In this document: one piece after another, positions 55,501 to 64,000 of the stretch
How the letters are laid out: every line of letters begins with the position of its first letter
Position numbering within the stretch: position 1 is the stretch's first letter
DNA from: Candidatus Latescibacterota bacterium
Lineage (GTDB): Bacteria; Latescibacterota; UBA2968; GCA-2709665
Assembly: GCA_965248435.1 (NCBI GenBank)
Contig: OZ252100.1
Coordinates: 352,001-416,000 of the forward strand
Direction of reading: 5' to 3'
Length of the DNA: 64,000 nt
The notes under the pieces: model-generated
Database searches by the model: none
Told to the model about the DNA's origin: nothing
The model's input: the letters and a program-made list of their open reading frames with translations, nothing else
Program-made: the position numbers and the translations under genes

Positions 55501-55860
55501 CTCATTCTCTTCGGCATCGTCGTGAACAACGGCATCGTGCTCATCGATCACGTCAATCGGTATCGCCAAATGGGTCTGGCCCGAAGAGATGCGATCATCC
55601 GGGGCGGGCAGGACCGGTTGCGACCCATCCTAATGACCGCTACGACTACAATTCTCGGACTGACGCCTCTCGTCGTCCCGATGATTTACGGGATGGCTGA
55701 AGGCACCGCCCGACGCTTTGGCCCTATCGGGCTCGTCGTCATTTCCGGTCTTGCCGTGTCCACAATCCTCACTCTGGTCATTCTGCCCACCATCTACTCC
55801 CTGATCGACGACCTGGCAAACCGCACGAAACGCGTCGTTGCTCTGGCACTCGCCCGGTGA
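52597..55860 (+). CDS. RND (AcrB/AcrD/AcrF) efflux permease
   Basis: FSIQRP, YP.SSPEEVE..IT.PIEE, GMLVD..VV.LENI, GIVVNNGIVLID, RLRPILMT. Confidence 0.95.
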   Translation: MKLSEFSIQRPITTLMVTLSVLVLGAISLQRLPLEYLPNFTWPAMYINVNYPSSSPEEVEQEITRPIEEVMGTLPHVKSISASSYDNRSSIRLEFEFATDMDLMAVHVRDRLDQVRGDLPDDVEQIQIRRWNTEDFPILYYSMAWLESDQEELSQVFDHVILPRLQRLEGVGSVELRGLEEKALLVEVNQNLLSTHKLDIRSLNRAISSNNVNVSAGYIEEADKRFAVRAVGEFDQVSQIRELPLRNDLTIDDVADVNYDYPERTSFERLGGREAISLSVRKSSTANLVATADRVKREMEKIVDEIGRTKLRAQIVRDRSLDVTTGVRNLIQSAALGGILAISVIFLFLRNFRSTVIIGSAIPISALCVFMIMYLLRQLFDASITLNLISMMGLMVAVGMLVDPAVVTLENIFRKRFDEGQDAWTAAMEGSREIGMPVLAASMTTICVFVPIVFVTDSRTSLIMRDFALTVCISVVASFCVAMTLIPLAGSRIFKDGTGNLDRRLKVWAGLAAMSLLVLVALWVGPRELAAWGYQNFTRLLVGLAVIELRIWIILGIAAAAVFGLYYPIRHVGIRRVYTHMINATLTYRWTTIAAASILLAFAIHLFGQIEKQPYRWQPTRRVTFTVEMPRNYALEDAVSLFEGIENLLMPKKAELDIDAISTTFSDRRSNRISLYLVPADKSMLTTDEVKRKVAALLPKDIPGVRFKTGRTRGSNSTGVGLDIKGRDIAVLEMLAEDIEIQMQGMQGVHDIETSLESGKEEIRVTVNRQRALRYGLSPRQIATTVATALGTRGSSKFKTDEREIDITVQLREEDRTSLEQLKNAQFESDAGSLVSFATLADFQLRKGPKAITREDRMATVTVFANTEQSAIYRVGREMMGRMESIPLPNGYSWKMGRSFRRMSQEQGETNFTIFFAIILIYLIMASLFESYAHPSTILFSIGFGFIGVVFGLYIFNIPMDSNASYGLLILFGIVVNNGIVLIDHVNRYRQMGLARRDAIIRGGQDRLRPILMTATTTILGLTPLVVPMIYGMAEGTARRFGPIGLVVISGLAVSTILTLVILPTIYSLIDDLANRTKRVVALALAR

Positions 55861-56537
55861 AACCACCCGCCGTCGTCCTCTTGAGCGGCGGGTTGGATAG
55901 CTGTGTCACCGCTGCGATCGCCGCCCAATCTCACGACCTCGCACTGCTCCATCTCGACTACGCCCATCGCACCCACGATAGAGAGCGCAAGGCCTTCTGC
56001 GACATCGCCGACTTCTTTGGCGTGCCTCCCGAAAGTCGGATGATCGTGGAGTCAAACTATCTCTCCCGGATCGGGGGGTCCGCACTCACCGATCCAGCCA
56101 TTCCCATTCCACAGACTGAGCCCCGGTCCTCCGGTAGACTACCCGCAACCTATGTCCCCTTCCGTAATGCGCACCTCCTTTCCCTGGGCGTCTCCTGGGC
56201 GGAGACGATCGGGGCGGGCGCAGTATACATCGGCGTCGTAGAAGAAGACAGTTCCGGATACCCTGACTGCACGAAGGCCTTCTGTTCGGCCTTCGGAGCG
56301 GCCGCCGCCGCGGGGACCCGCGACCGTATCGAAATCCTCACGCCCGTGATCGACCATACGAAGTCTGAAATCGTGCGGCTCGGAGACCGGCTGTGTGCTC
56401 CCCTGGAGCTCACCTGGTCCTGCTATGGGCTCGAAGGGCCAGCCTGCGGTAGATGTGAAAGCTGCCGCCTCCGGAAAAATGCATTCCGGGAGGCAGGCAT
56501 ACCTGACCTGATACCCTACGCCGACCTCACGTCCTAG
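55857..56537 (+). CDS. queC: 7-cyano-7-deazaguanine synthase
   Basis: LLSGGLDS, TYVPFRN, GYPDC, TWSCY, CGRCESC.LR. Confidence 0.95.
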   Translation: MKPPAVVLLSGGLDSCVTAAIAAQSHDLALLHLDYAHRTHDRERKAFCDIADFFGVPPESRMIVESNYLSRIGGSALTDPAIPIPQTEPRSSGRLPATYVPFRNAHLLSLGVSWAETIGAGAVYIGVVEEDSSGYPDCTKAFCSAFGAAAAAGTRDRIEILTPVIDHTKSEIVRLGDRLCAPLELTWSCYGLEGPACGRCESCRLRKNAFREAGIPDLIPYADLTS

Positions 56538-56559
56538 AATCCTGGCCCACCACCACAAC

Positions 56560-56597
56560 AAAAAACGGGGGACGCGAATGCTACGCGCCCCCCGTTC
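56560..56597. terminator. Terminator hairpin between convergent genes
   Basis: aaaaaacgggggacgcg...cgcgcccccgtt. Confidence 0.6.
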
Positions 56598-56614
56598 CTC
56601 CCTCCCCACCCCAG

Positions 56615-56944
56615 CTACGCCTCATCCTCCTCAAGATCCATCGGTCCTTTCGTCCGGGTCAGTTCTTGAAGGACCTCTTCGTTGGATGTCTTGAGACCGT
56701 CTATCTCCTTCTCCATCCGACCGACTTCCCCCTCCAGCGAAATCTGCTGGCGGGTCAATGAGGTCTCTTCGCGTTCCGCCAGACGCCTTTCATTACGGAA
56801 TTGCTTCAGCCGTTCCTCCACACGCTTGCATTTGGCCTCTGCGTCCCGAAGGCGCTGGTTCAGTTTCACCATTCGGGTGACCGTACCGTATTTCAAGGCC
56901 AGGACCAGGATCAACATAATGAATGTCAGGATTTCCAGAAACAT
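56615..56944 (-). CDS. Small N-terminally anchored coiled-coil protein
   Basis: AGGAG RBS; MFLEILTFIMLILVLALKY TM helix, then a heptad-rich helix. Confidence 0.7.
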   Translation of the reverse strand: MFLEILTFIMLILVLALKYGTVTRMVKLNQRLRDAEAKCKRVEERLKQFRNERRLAEREETSLTRQQISLEGEVGRMEKEIDGLKTSNEEVLQELTRTKGPMDLEEDEA

Positions 56945-56990
56945 GAACTGTCTCCTATTCTGGGTCTGGAGACACATCGGCTGAGTGCAT

Positions 56991-57326
56991 CTAAGCGGCG
57001 ACGGAACGCCACTTCCCCTTCAGCCGCTCCTTGAAGACTTCAATCTCAATTTTTTGTTTCTTCGTGCTCTCAGACTCGATTGACCTTCGCAGGGCCACGA
57101 TTCTGCGACTCATGTCCGAGACGTTCGACCTCAGCCACGAGATCCTCTCGTGGACCTCACCACTCTGGACCTCCTCGGAGTCCAGCTCACACACGAGGTC
57201 CACAGCCTCTATCTGCAGATGCTCGATACGCGGGCGAATCTGAATCGAGTAGTTCGTGTAGTCCAAGAAGATCGTTCCCGCGTAGATCATCGCGCCGATA
57301 ATCAAGACGACAAATACCCATTCCAT
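56991..57326 (-). CDS. Small N-terminally anchored coiled-coil protein
   Basis: MEWVFVVLIIGAMIYAGTIFLDY TM helix, then coiled coil. Confidence 0.65.
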   Translation of the reverse strand: MEWVFVVLIIGAMIYAGTIFLDYTNYSIQIRPRIEHLQIEAVDLVCELDSEEVQSGEVHERISWLRSNVSDMSRRIVALRRSIESESTKKQKIEIEVFKERLKGKWRSVAA

Positions 57327-57580
57327 TCTTGCTTGCCCCTTTCCGACGACTGGCCTTCGTCCCAAACGGTGTGTGTGTCGGCAACAGAGGGGAACTGCAA
57401 CCAGACGAGTTAGAATGCAATTCAGGTGCCAAAACTTTGAATGTACACATACATCGTGCAATAACAATGAGTTATGTTAATAATCGGAGCCCGTTCAACA
57501 TGGGGTAATCGGTCGAATTTGTAACGTTTCGTTACTTATCGAACGGGGGTCCCACGCCCTCCGGAGAGACGATGGATGAC

Positions 57581-57615
57581 AAAAAAATAGGAGGCGATTG
57601 CCTATCGCCTCCTTC
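57581..57615 (-). terminator. Intrinsic terminator (minus strand)
   Basis: aaaaaaat-aggaggcgat-tgcct-atcgcctcct. Confidence 0.7.
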
Positions 57616-57651
57616 TTCGCTTCACTGTGCCGGGCCCAAAAAACGGGTCTT

Positions 57652-57942
57652 CTATCGCCAACTTTTCTCGATCCGCTCCTCCAGCTCGGTGTTTCTTTGT
57701 TCCTGCTCTGTGATATCCGTTTTCAGCGTGTCGAGCTTTTGCTCAAGCAAGTCGATTCCACGCTGTGCCGATTTCTCCTCGCTCTCCAGCTCTTCCCGCG
57801 CTCGGCACAGGTTATTATGTTTCGTTTCCAGGCGCAGAGATCGCTCATCTTGGTGGCTGTAATCCACCAGTGAGCGTTCCCCAATTAAGGGACACACGAT
57901 CTCGTAAGACCCCACCTTTGCCCCAGAAAGGAGCATAGCCAA
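57652..57942 (-). CDS. Small coiled-coil protein (N-terminus uncertain or degenerate)
   Basis: Heptad-rich C-terminal 60 aa followed by a terminator. Confidence 0.5.
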   Translation of the reverse strand: MAMLLSGAKVGSYEIVCPLIGERSLVDYSHQDERSLRLETKHNNLCRAREELESEEKSAQRGIDLLEQKLDTLKTDITEQEQRNTELEERIEKSWR

Positions 57943-58075
57943 GCCATGTTTGGTTCACCACAACCATCAGTGCTCGATCAGCCGATAATTCCCTTAACAA
58001 ACCCCTACAGACTCAGTAATATGCGGAAAATTAGCCCTCCTTGGATATCATTGACGCAGAGGGAGGTAAATTCCC

Positions 58076-58624
58076 TTGGAACCCTTAACGATCATTTTAG
58101 CCCTGCTGGGACTGGTCCTCTTCATCCTGAACGTATACCAGTATCTCACCCAGCGTTCGGTGCTTCGCATCGCAGAAATTCTCTACATCATGAGTCGAAA
58201 CGTTCGAGAGAAGGCGGCCGAGGTCCGTCGGGATCGCAAAGATGTCGAGATCGTGGAAGCGCACCTATTTGATATTTCCACGTCGGCGCGCAGTATTCTT
58301 CGAACCCTGGGCAGGAGCAACGATTCTCTCGGCCCGGATCCTTCTGTTGAACTCTCGCCCAACCCGAATCGGTTGGATTCGGACAGCCTCCTTAGGCTGG
58401 CCGATAACATACTGTATGCGGTGTTGGAAGACGCCCCCGAAGCCAAAGGGGATGAGGTCGTCGACAGGGCGCTGGATCGGTTCATGCAGAAGGTGCCCAC
58501 ACTCGACCGAGATGCCGCGAAGAAGATCGTAACAGCAGTGGCAAGGCAGTCCGAACGCGGGACCAACGGGCCGCTTACCTTTTCTGTATCCGAACACCAG
58601 AGGCAATATCCAAACAGCCGGTAG
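58076..58624 (+). CDS. Hypothetical single-TM helical protein
   Basis: GGAGGT RBS, TTG start, N-terminal TM helix. Confidence 0.7.
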   Translation: MEPLTIILALLGLVLFILNVYQYLTQRSVLRIAEILYIMSRNVREKAAEVRRDRKDVEIVEAHLFDISTSARSILRTLGRSNDSLGPDPSVELSPNPNRLDSDSLLRLADNILYAVLEDAPEAKGDEVVDRALDRFMQKVPTLDRDAAKKIVTAVARQSERGTNGPLTFSVSEHQRQYPNSR

Positions 58625-58705
58625 CTGACCGCCACCGGCTGTTTCTTCTCGTTCCAAATACCGCGCCTTCGCAACCACTCCCGGTCCACCTCCCTCAGCG
58701 CTTCA

Positions 58706-59155
58706 TCAACCCGACTGATTTTCTACGTATTCTTCGCTAAAGGCCGTGGAGAAATCTTTTTTCGAGGCCTCGGAAAGCCTGATATCTCCGCCCGCTTCGC
58801 ACTCGGCTTTGAAGGTTGCCCCTTCCTCTACGATCAGCACTTTGGTCTTTATCTTTCCCACAAAGGCCGCTTGAGATTGGAGGTGCACCTTCTCCTCCGC
58901 TATCAGAGTGCCGACCATCCTGCCGCTCACGAGTGCATCTCTCACCCGCACATCGGCTTCAATGACGCCCGTTTCACCGACGATCAGGGTCCCCGAGGAG
59001 ATAAGCTCTCCCCTCAGCACACCATCGACCCGGACCCCGGTCTCGATCTGAAACCTTCCTTCAGACTCAGACTCGCGCCCGATTACCGTGTTAATTGCCT
59101 TCCCGTTGGACGCAAACTTGACCTTTTTGAATTTCCCGTTGCCATCCATGATCAT
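58706..59155 (-). CDS. Bactofilin (polymer-forming cytoskeletal protein)
   Basis: TVIG.....EG......VRVDG...G......L.VGETG.I..D......V.G...G.......L......G.I....L.VEEGA.F. Confidence 0.88.
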   Translation of the reverse strand: MIMDGNGKFKKVKFASNGKAINTVIGRESESEGRFQIETGVRVDGVLRGELISSGTLIVGETGVIEADVRVRDALVSGRMVGTLIAEEKVHLQSQAAFVGKIKTKVLIVEEGATFKAECEAGGDIRLSEASKKDFSTAFSEEYVENQSG

Positions 59156-59273
59156 TTCCTTCTCTGTAGACTCAAAATGGACCCCCCCTAGAACCTCACA
59201 ACCCGCACAATATACAAAACTTAAGGAAAGGGAGTCAACGATTTAATTTCCACGCTTTTCGCCCCGTTGGGTC

Positions 59274-59302
59274 TTGACATACTGTCCCCAAGGCCTTATT
59301 TT
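59274..59302 (+). promoter_or_regulatory. Putative sigma70 promoter of the ABC permease, divergent from a TTGACT-N18-TATATT candidate at 59209-59238 for bactofilin
   Basis: TTGACA-N17-TATTTT. Confidence 0.5.
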
Positions 59303-59397
59303 GCAACAAGTTCCACACAATCACAGCGAACGGTCATTCCAACGGGAACACGACCATCTCACCTACGCAACCAGACCCATCTCATAAACCGTCCACG

Positions 59398-60189
59398 GTG
59401 AATCGGTCCGGTAGACTCCGGCTCCTACTCCACCAGTACGCCCTTTCCCCGATCTTTGTTCTGTTCCTGGTCGGGATTTGGGAATATCTCGTACGCATCC
59501 TGAATGTTGCTGACTACATCCTCCCCCCTCCCTCGCAGATCCTCGACCGGCTCATCACCTCTCGCCATATGCTCATTAACCACGCGGTCGTGACCCTGCA
59601 GGAAGCGATCCTGGGTTTTGTCCTGGGCGCATTCTCTGGCATGACGTGCGCCGCCGCGATGGCCAGGTCCAGGGCCGTTGAGCGGATGCTCTATCCCCTG
59701 GTTATTTCCTCACAAACTTTTCCAAAGGAGGCCCTCGCTCCGATTTTCGTCGTCTGGTTCGGTTTCGGTATCCTCCCGAAAGTTATCATCGCCGGTCTCA
59801 TCTCTTTCTTTCCGGTCGTCATCAATACGACGAGAGGGCTCCTGTCCGTCGATCCGCTCATCCTGGACTTGATGCGCTCCCTTTCGGCCAGACCACATCA
59901 GGTATTTCTAAAGGTCCAGCTGCCCAACGCGATTCCGTATCTTTTCGCAGCCCTCAAGATCTGCGTCACTCTGAGCGTGATCGGCGCGGTCGTCGGTGAA
60001 TTCGTCGGTGCGAGCGCGGGGCTCGGACACTTGATTCGCCTGGCCAACTCCGAACTGGCCACAGACCTCACGTTTGCGACGTTGATCGTCCTGGGCGCGA
60101 TGGGTACTTCCCTTTTCCTGCTCGTGGAAGGTCTCGAAAAGGGCTTGATGCGTCGGTGGCGCGGGACTTCCCCCGCCTTGATGAGATAA
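59398..60189 (+). CDS. ABC transporter permease (SsuC/TauC/ThiX-like)
   Basis: ILPPPS, P..ALAP....WFGFG, FFPVVINT..G, GAVVGEF.GA..GLG. Confidence 0.92.
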   Translation: MNRSGRLRLLLHQYALSPIFVLFLVGIWEYLVRILNVADYILPPPSQILDRLITSRHMLINHAVVTLQEAILGFVLGAFSGMTCAAAMARSRAVERMLYPLVISSQTFPKEALAPIFVVWFGFGILPKVIIAGLISFFPVVINTTRGLLSVDPLILDLMRSLSARPHQVFLKVQLPNAIPYLFAALKICVTLSVIGAVVGEFVGASAGLGHLIRLANSELATDLTFATLIVLGAMGTSLFLLVEGLEKGLMRRWRGTSPALMR

Positions 60190-60201
60190 GAGGCCCTTAA
60201 G

Positions 60202-61185
60202 GTGAAACGATACTTTCTGTTGGCTGCTGCTGTGGGTTCCTTACTACTCCTTCGTTGCTCCCAGGGTGTCCCCGAAGGCAATCATATCCAGCTTTTGCTC
60301 GACTGGAAGGCGCAGATGGAGCACGCCGGCTTCTTCCTGGCGGACCAAGCCGGGTATTACGAGAAGGAGGGTCTAACGGTGGAGATCCTGGAAGGGAACG
60401 GGGCTCCGACCACGGCTCAACTCGTTGGAAACGGGACCTACAAGCTGGGCGTGTCGAGTGGCTCCGCCACAGTTATGGCGCGCGCGAAAGGGATCGGGGT
60501 TGTTTCCTTGGCCGTCATCAACCAGCATTCGCCCGTCGTCGTCTATTCTCTTACCAAGAGCGGCATCCGCGAGCCTGCCGACCTCCGTGGCAGACGCATT
60601 GGGGTTAACCTTGGAGGCACCAAACACCGGGAGTTCCAGGCATTCTTGAAGAAGGTCGGCATCAAAGAAACGGATGTTCGCCTGATGGGGATGACCGAGT
60701 CCAGCCCGGCACCCCTTTTGGCGGGAAAGGTCGACGCGATGCTGGGTTATACCGAAGACCAGCCGGTCAGCGTCGAACTCCGGGGAGAGGAGGTGAATCG
60801 CATTACCCTGTCGGACCACGGGATAGATCTCTACAGCACAAATATCATCGTGAATCAGCAATTTCTCGCCGAAAACCCTGGCCTCGTCCGCCGCTTCCTG
60901 AGCGCCACGCTGGATGGGTGGCGCACCGCTGTTGCACATCCCGAAAAGGCCCTATCAGCCTACATGTCTGCTCGACCCGAAAGCAATTCCCGATTCAACA
61001 GGGCAAACTTCGAGCAGCTCATCCCACTTCTCGAGAGTGAGGACACGGAGATAAAGGGTTTGGGTGCACAGAGCGCACATCGCTGGGAGGCGACTCAGGA
61101 GATTCTGTTCGACCTTGGAATGATCGATCATAAGCTGGATGTGACGGAACTCTACACAGACCTTCTCCACCCCGCTCAACCATAG
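60202..61185 (+). CDS. ABC substrate-binding lipoprotein (NMT1/THI5-like)
   Basis: LLLDW....HAGFFLA...GYYEKEGL.V, DL.G..IG, L.GKVDA, Y...I. Confidence 0.88.
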   Translation: MKRYFLLAAAVGSLLLLRCSQGVPEGNHIQLLLDWKAQMEHAGFFLADQAGYYEKEGLTVEILEGNGAPTTAQLVGNGTYKLGVSSGSATVMARAKGIGVVSLAVINQHSPVVVYSLTKSGIREPADLRGRRIGVNLGGTKHREFQAFLKKVGIKETDVRLMGMTESSPAPLLAGKVDAMLGYTEDQPVSVELRGEEVNRITLSDHGIDLYSTNIIVNQQFLAENPGLVRRFLSATLDGWRTAVAHPEKALSAYMSARPESNSRFNRANFEQLIPLLESEDTEIKGLGAQSAHRWEATQEILFDLGMIDHKLDVTELYTDLLHPAQP

Positions 61186-61193
61186 CTCTCTGT

Positions 61194-61988
61194 TTACCCA
61201 TCGAGCATACCGCGCAGGCGCTCCTCCAGCTTTACGAACCGAGGGTCCGATCGAAGTCGAGATGTTCTGGGCCTGGGGAAGTCCACGCTTAAATCGCCGA
61301 GGATCCGACCCGGGCGCTCGGACATGACGATCACCCGGTCACCAAGCAGAATAGCCTCCGGAATGCTGTGTGTGACGAAGAATACCGTGGGCTCCGCATC
61401 CCTCCAGATCCTCAGCAATTCCACCTGCATTCGCTCACGGGTGATTTCGTCCAGCGCCCCGAATGGCTCATCCATCAAAAGCAGGGAAGGCCGATAGGTC
61501 AGCGCCCTGGCGATGGCCACCCTGGACTGCATGCCTCCTGAAAGCTCCCTGGGATAGGCCTGCTCGAACCCCTCCAACCCGACGGACCGGATCATCGGAC
61601 CGGACCGATCCACGACCGTCTCATCCTTCAATATTTCTCCGGGAAGCGCGACATTTTCTTCCACGGTACGCCAGTCCAACAGGGCCGGGCTCTGAAAGAC
61701 AACGCCTACGTCTTTCGCCTTCCTGGCCGTCTCCGGGTGCCTGCCATTTACCAGAACCTGTCCCTGGGTGGGCGCCTCGAGGTCTCCAAGCATGCGAAGC
61801 AGTGTGGTCTTTCCGCATCCCGACGGCCCGATGACACACACGAACTCGCCCACACGCACGCTCAGACTGATCCCCTGAACAGCGGTCACCCGATTCGAGC
61901 CCAGCTCGAAGACCTTGTGCACGTCCCGGAACTCCACCGCCGCGTGAACGGTATTGCTGTCGCTCATCTTCGAATTTTGTTTAAGCAT
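61194..61988 (-). CDS. ABC ATP-binding protein (SsuB/TauB-like)
   Basis: GPSGCGKTT, LSGGM, LLLMDEPFGALD, FVTH. Confidence 0.95.
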   Translation of the reverse strand: MLKQNSKMSDSNTVHAAVEFRDVHKVFELGSNRVTAVQGISLSVRVGEFVCVIGPSGCGKTTLLRMLGDLEAPTQGQVLVNGRHPETARKAKDVGVVFQSPALLDWRTVEENVALPGEILKDETVVDRSGPMIRSVGLEGFEQAYPRELSGGMQSRVAIARALTYRPSLLLMDEPFGALDEITRERMQVELLRIWRDAEPTVFFVTHSIPEAILLGDRVIVMSERPGRILGDLSVDFPRPRTSRLRSDPRFVKLEERLRGMLDG

Positions 61989-62082
61989 CGGAGGTGATCA
62001 GAACAAATGGCCGCCTCCGCAAGGGAAGCGGCCAAGGATAAAGACTCGGCTGAAACGTAAATCTGACCAGCTGGCTTCAAGA

Positions 62083-63192
62083 TCAGGGTTTGAACAGCGC
62101 GGCACGCTCTCGGGGGATGAAGTTCTCCCCATAACCGCCAACGATCAATACGTTCCCGTCGGGAAGAAGCGTGGTGGATGATCCGCTTCGAACTCGTCCC
62201 AGGTCGCTGTTCAGCGCACGGAATTGTCCCGAGGTCGGGTCGTAGATCTCTGCATCCCCTTCAAAACCGCCGATCATCAGGACACTGCCGTCAGCCAATA
62301 GGATGGCCGAGTGAGCAAAACGCGGTGAAACCATGTTTCCGGTCGGCGTGAAGCTCCCATCGTCAGGAAGGAAAAGCTCGGCTGTCCGGGTCGGTGAGAA
62401 CGTCCCGAAGACCCGGTTCTCAACGGTCGTGCTTCCGCCGGCGATCAGCACCCTCCCGTCACGCAGGAGCGTGGCCGTATGTCCGAATCTCAGACCGAAC
62501 AGATGGAATTGAATATCCTCTAACCCGAAATCGAATATCTCTGCGTATCCCCTTATGCCTGCACCGCCAAGAATCGTCCCGACCACCAGGACCCTGTCAT
62601 CTGAAAGCAGTGTGGCTGTCGGACCAATCCTGCGAGACGGGCGAAACTGACTCTGAAAGCGATATGGAGAGAAGGATTCGAATTCCCCGGTAGAAGGGTT
62701 ATAGAGCTCGTAGAATCTCTCATCTTCCCCCGTAACGAGGACGTCTCCACTCCGCACGCGAACAGCCGACCGAACCCTGTCGAGGATGTTGAGCTGCCCG
62801 GTCGTCGTGAACCTGTCGGTCGCCGGATCGTAAATCTCGGCCGTCGCCTCGCCCCCCCCGACGATCAGGACCCTCCCATCCTGGAGGAGCACCGCGTGAT
62901 GTTCCGAACGCCGGAAGGCCATCGTATCTTCAGTCAGAGTGAACAACCCGGTCGCAGGGTCGTATGTTTCAGCGGTCGTCAGGTTGCCCTCATCGAAGTC
63001 GATCGATGCCCCTCCGATTACCATGACCTTTCCATCAGAAAGGAGCGTGGCAGAGTGGTTCACACGCGCGTGATGAAGACCCCCTGTTGACGAAAAGTCG
63101 CCTGACCCGCCTGTGCTGATCTTGTCAATTTGACAACCATTCAGCACGAGCAACAGCGCCAACGTAGCCCGGAACCCTGTGATATTTCGCAT
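62083..63192 (-). CDS. Kelch/galactose-oxidase-repeat beta-propeller lipoprotein
   Basis: Repeated R..H.ATLL.DG.VL..GG....AE.YDP.TG.F; lipobox-like VLNGC. Confidence 0.88.
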   Translation of the reverse strand: MRNITGFRATLALLLVLNGCQIDKISTGGSGDFSSTGGLHHARVNHSATLLSDGKVMVIGGASIDFDEGNLTTAETYDPATGLFTLTEDTMAFRRSEHHAVLLQDGRVLIVGGGEATAEIYDPATDRFTTTGQLNILDRVRSAVRVRSGDVLVTGEDERFYELYNPSTGEFESFSPYRFQSQFRPSRRIGPTATLLSDDRVLVVGTILGGAGIRGYAEIFDFGLEDIQFHLFGLRFGHTATLLRDGRVLIAGGSTTVENRVFGTFSPTRTAELFLPDDGSFTPTGNMVSPRFAHSAILLADGSVLMIGGFEGDAEIYDPTSGQFRALNSDLGRVRSGSSTTLLPDGNVLIVGGYGENFIPRERAALFKP

Positions 63193-63295
63193 TTGAACAC
63201 CTTCTTTTTGTACCGGATGGTAAGTCACGTTCAAGCAAATCTAACCAAATCCCGGGCGGGGGCCAACCCCCTTTTGCCGTGTTTCTTACGACACG

Positions 63296-64000
63296 TCACG
63301 GAGCCTGCAATCTCTTCGATCCCGCGGAGGCCCGGGCCATCGGCCCCCATAGACGGTAGAGGCCAGCTAAGGTTCCAACGACGTTTCGGGCACGGAAGAA
63401 CTGAGAACGGCCATATTGGCGGGGATAATGGCTCACCGGCGCCTCGGAAAATCTCACTCCGGCAAGATCCAGTTTCTTCACGAGCTCCAGACAGACGGCC
63501 CCGCCCGTTTCCCTCAAACCCATCTGCTGCAGCTCCCGTCGGCGAATCAATCTGAAATCGCAGTTCAGATCCCGGATCGGGACCCGAAACAGCCGCCCAA
63601 TCAACCATCGATAAAAGAGACCGATCCAGATACGATGTTTGGGATCGTGCCGAGCGACCTTATATCCATTCGCGGCACCGGCCTCTTCTCCAAGGACGGC
63701 CAGGAGACTTCTGATCTCCCTGACGTCATACTGCCCGTCTCCGTCCGTGTAGAAGACCCACGCCTTGGTCGCGCTTTGGAACCCGGATCGGAGCGCCCCG
63801 CCATAACCTCTGTTTGCTTCGTGAAGAATGAGCTTGAGTCTCGGGTACCGACTCTGAAGTCTCGACAGTAGATCCTGACTCCCATCCGAACTCGCGTCAT
63901 CGACCACAATCATCTCATAGTCGTCGGCAACCTCTCTTGCAACCCGGTCGGCCCTTGAGATCAATCCCCCGATTGTACCCACGTCGTTGTAACAGGGGAA
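63296..64000 (-). CDS. Glycosyltransferase family 2 (DPM1-like), 5' end outside the window
   Basis: FPCYND, VVDDAS.DGS, NRGYGGALRSG, YTDGDGQYD, D.NC.FRL. Confidence 0.92.
   Translation of the reverse strand, partial: FPCYNDVGTIGGLISRADRVAREVADDYEMIVVDDASSDGSQDLLSRLQSRYPRLKLILHEANRGYGGALRSGFQSATKAWVFYTDGDGQYDVREIRSLLAVLGEEAGAANGYKVARHDPKHRIWIGLFYRWLIGRLFRVPIRDLNCDFRLIRRRELQQMGLRETGGAVCLELVKKLDLAGVRFSEAPVSHYPRQYGRSQFFRARNVVGTLAGLYRLWGPMARASAGSKRLQAP

Noticed and set aside
55857-56537. queC as part of a Dpd or QatABCD defence system
   Set aside because: Canonical length and motifs of housekeeping QueC, with no dpd or qat neighbours.
59303-59397. TPP riboswitch ahead of the NMT1/THI5-type ABC genes
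   Set aside because: The conserved CUGAGA and downstream TPP core elements are not visible in the leader.

Overview
GC-rich bacterial chromosomal segment with about 55 real CDS and no rRNA, tRNA or CRISPR array that I can support. The C-terminal 'GNFNGDDTVDFSDFVMFALAFG' double EF-hand/dockerin-like module and the many orphan glycoside-hydrolase-like and amidohydrolase genes suggest a Latescibacterota-like organism (inference). Most of the window is catabolic, transport or housekeeping: ilvE, queC, DapA-like, GH4, GH32-like propellers, FGGY kinase, P450, RND, ABC, bactofilin. The most notable structures are these. (1) A 560-bp DUF559-nuclease unit bounded by palindromic inverted repeats and a perfect 15-bp direct repeat (34376-34950), with a gene-less relative at 16744-16859; this is a candidate nuclease-driven mini mobile element. 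(2) An AT-richer, decaying defence-like island (9456-15170) carrying a beta-sandwich/NDT-like fusion, a membrane protein with a hidden Pro-rich peptide, a HEPN RNase frameshifted just before its RxxxxH motif, and DUF262 and RelA/SpoT genes joined by a deletion. It is punctuated by three extra copies of the 3' end of a neighbouring CBS gene. (3) An exact-offset 1800-bp tandem duplication of a beta-propeller hydrolase gene with a visible junction. (4) Several distinct families of intergenic short-repeat hairpins. All product calls come from motif recognition only; no database searches were run.
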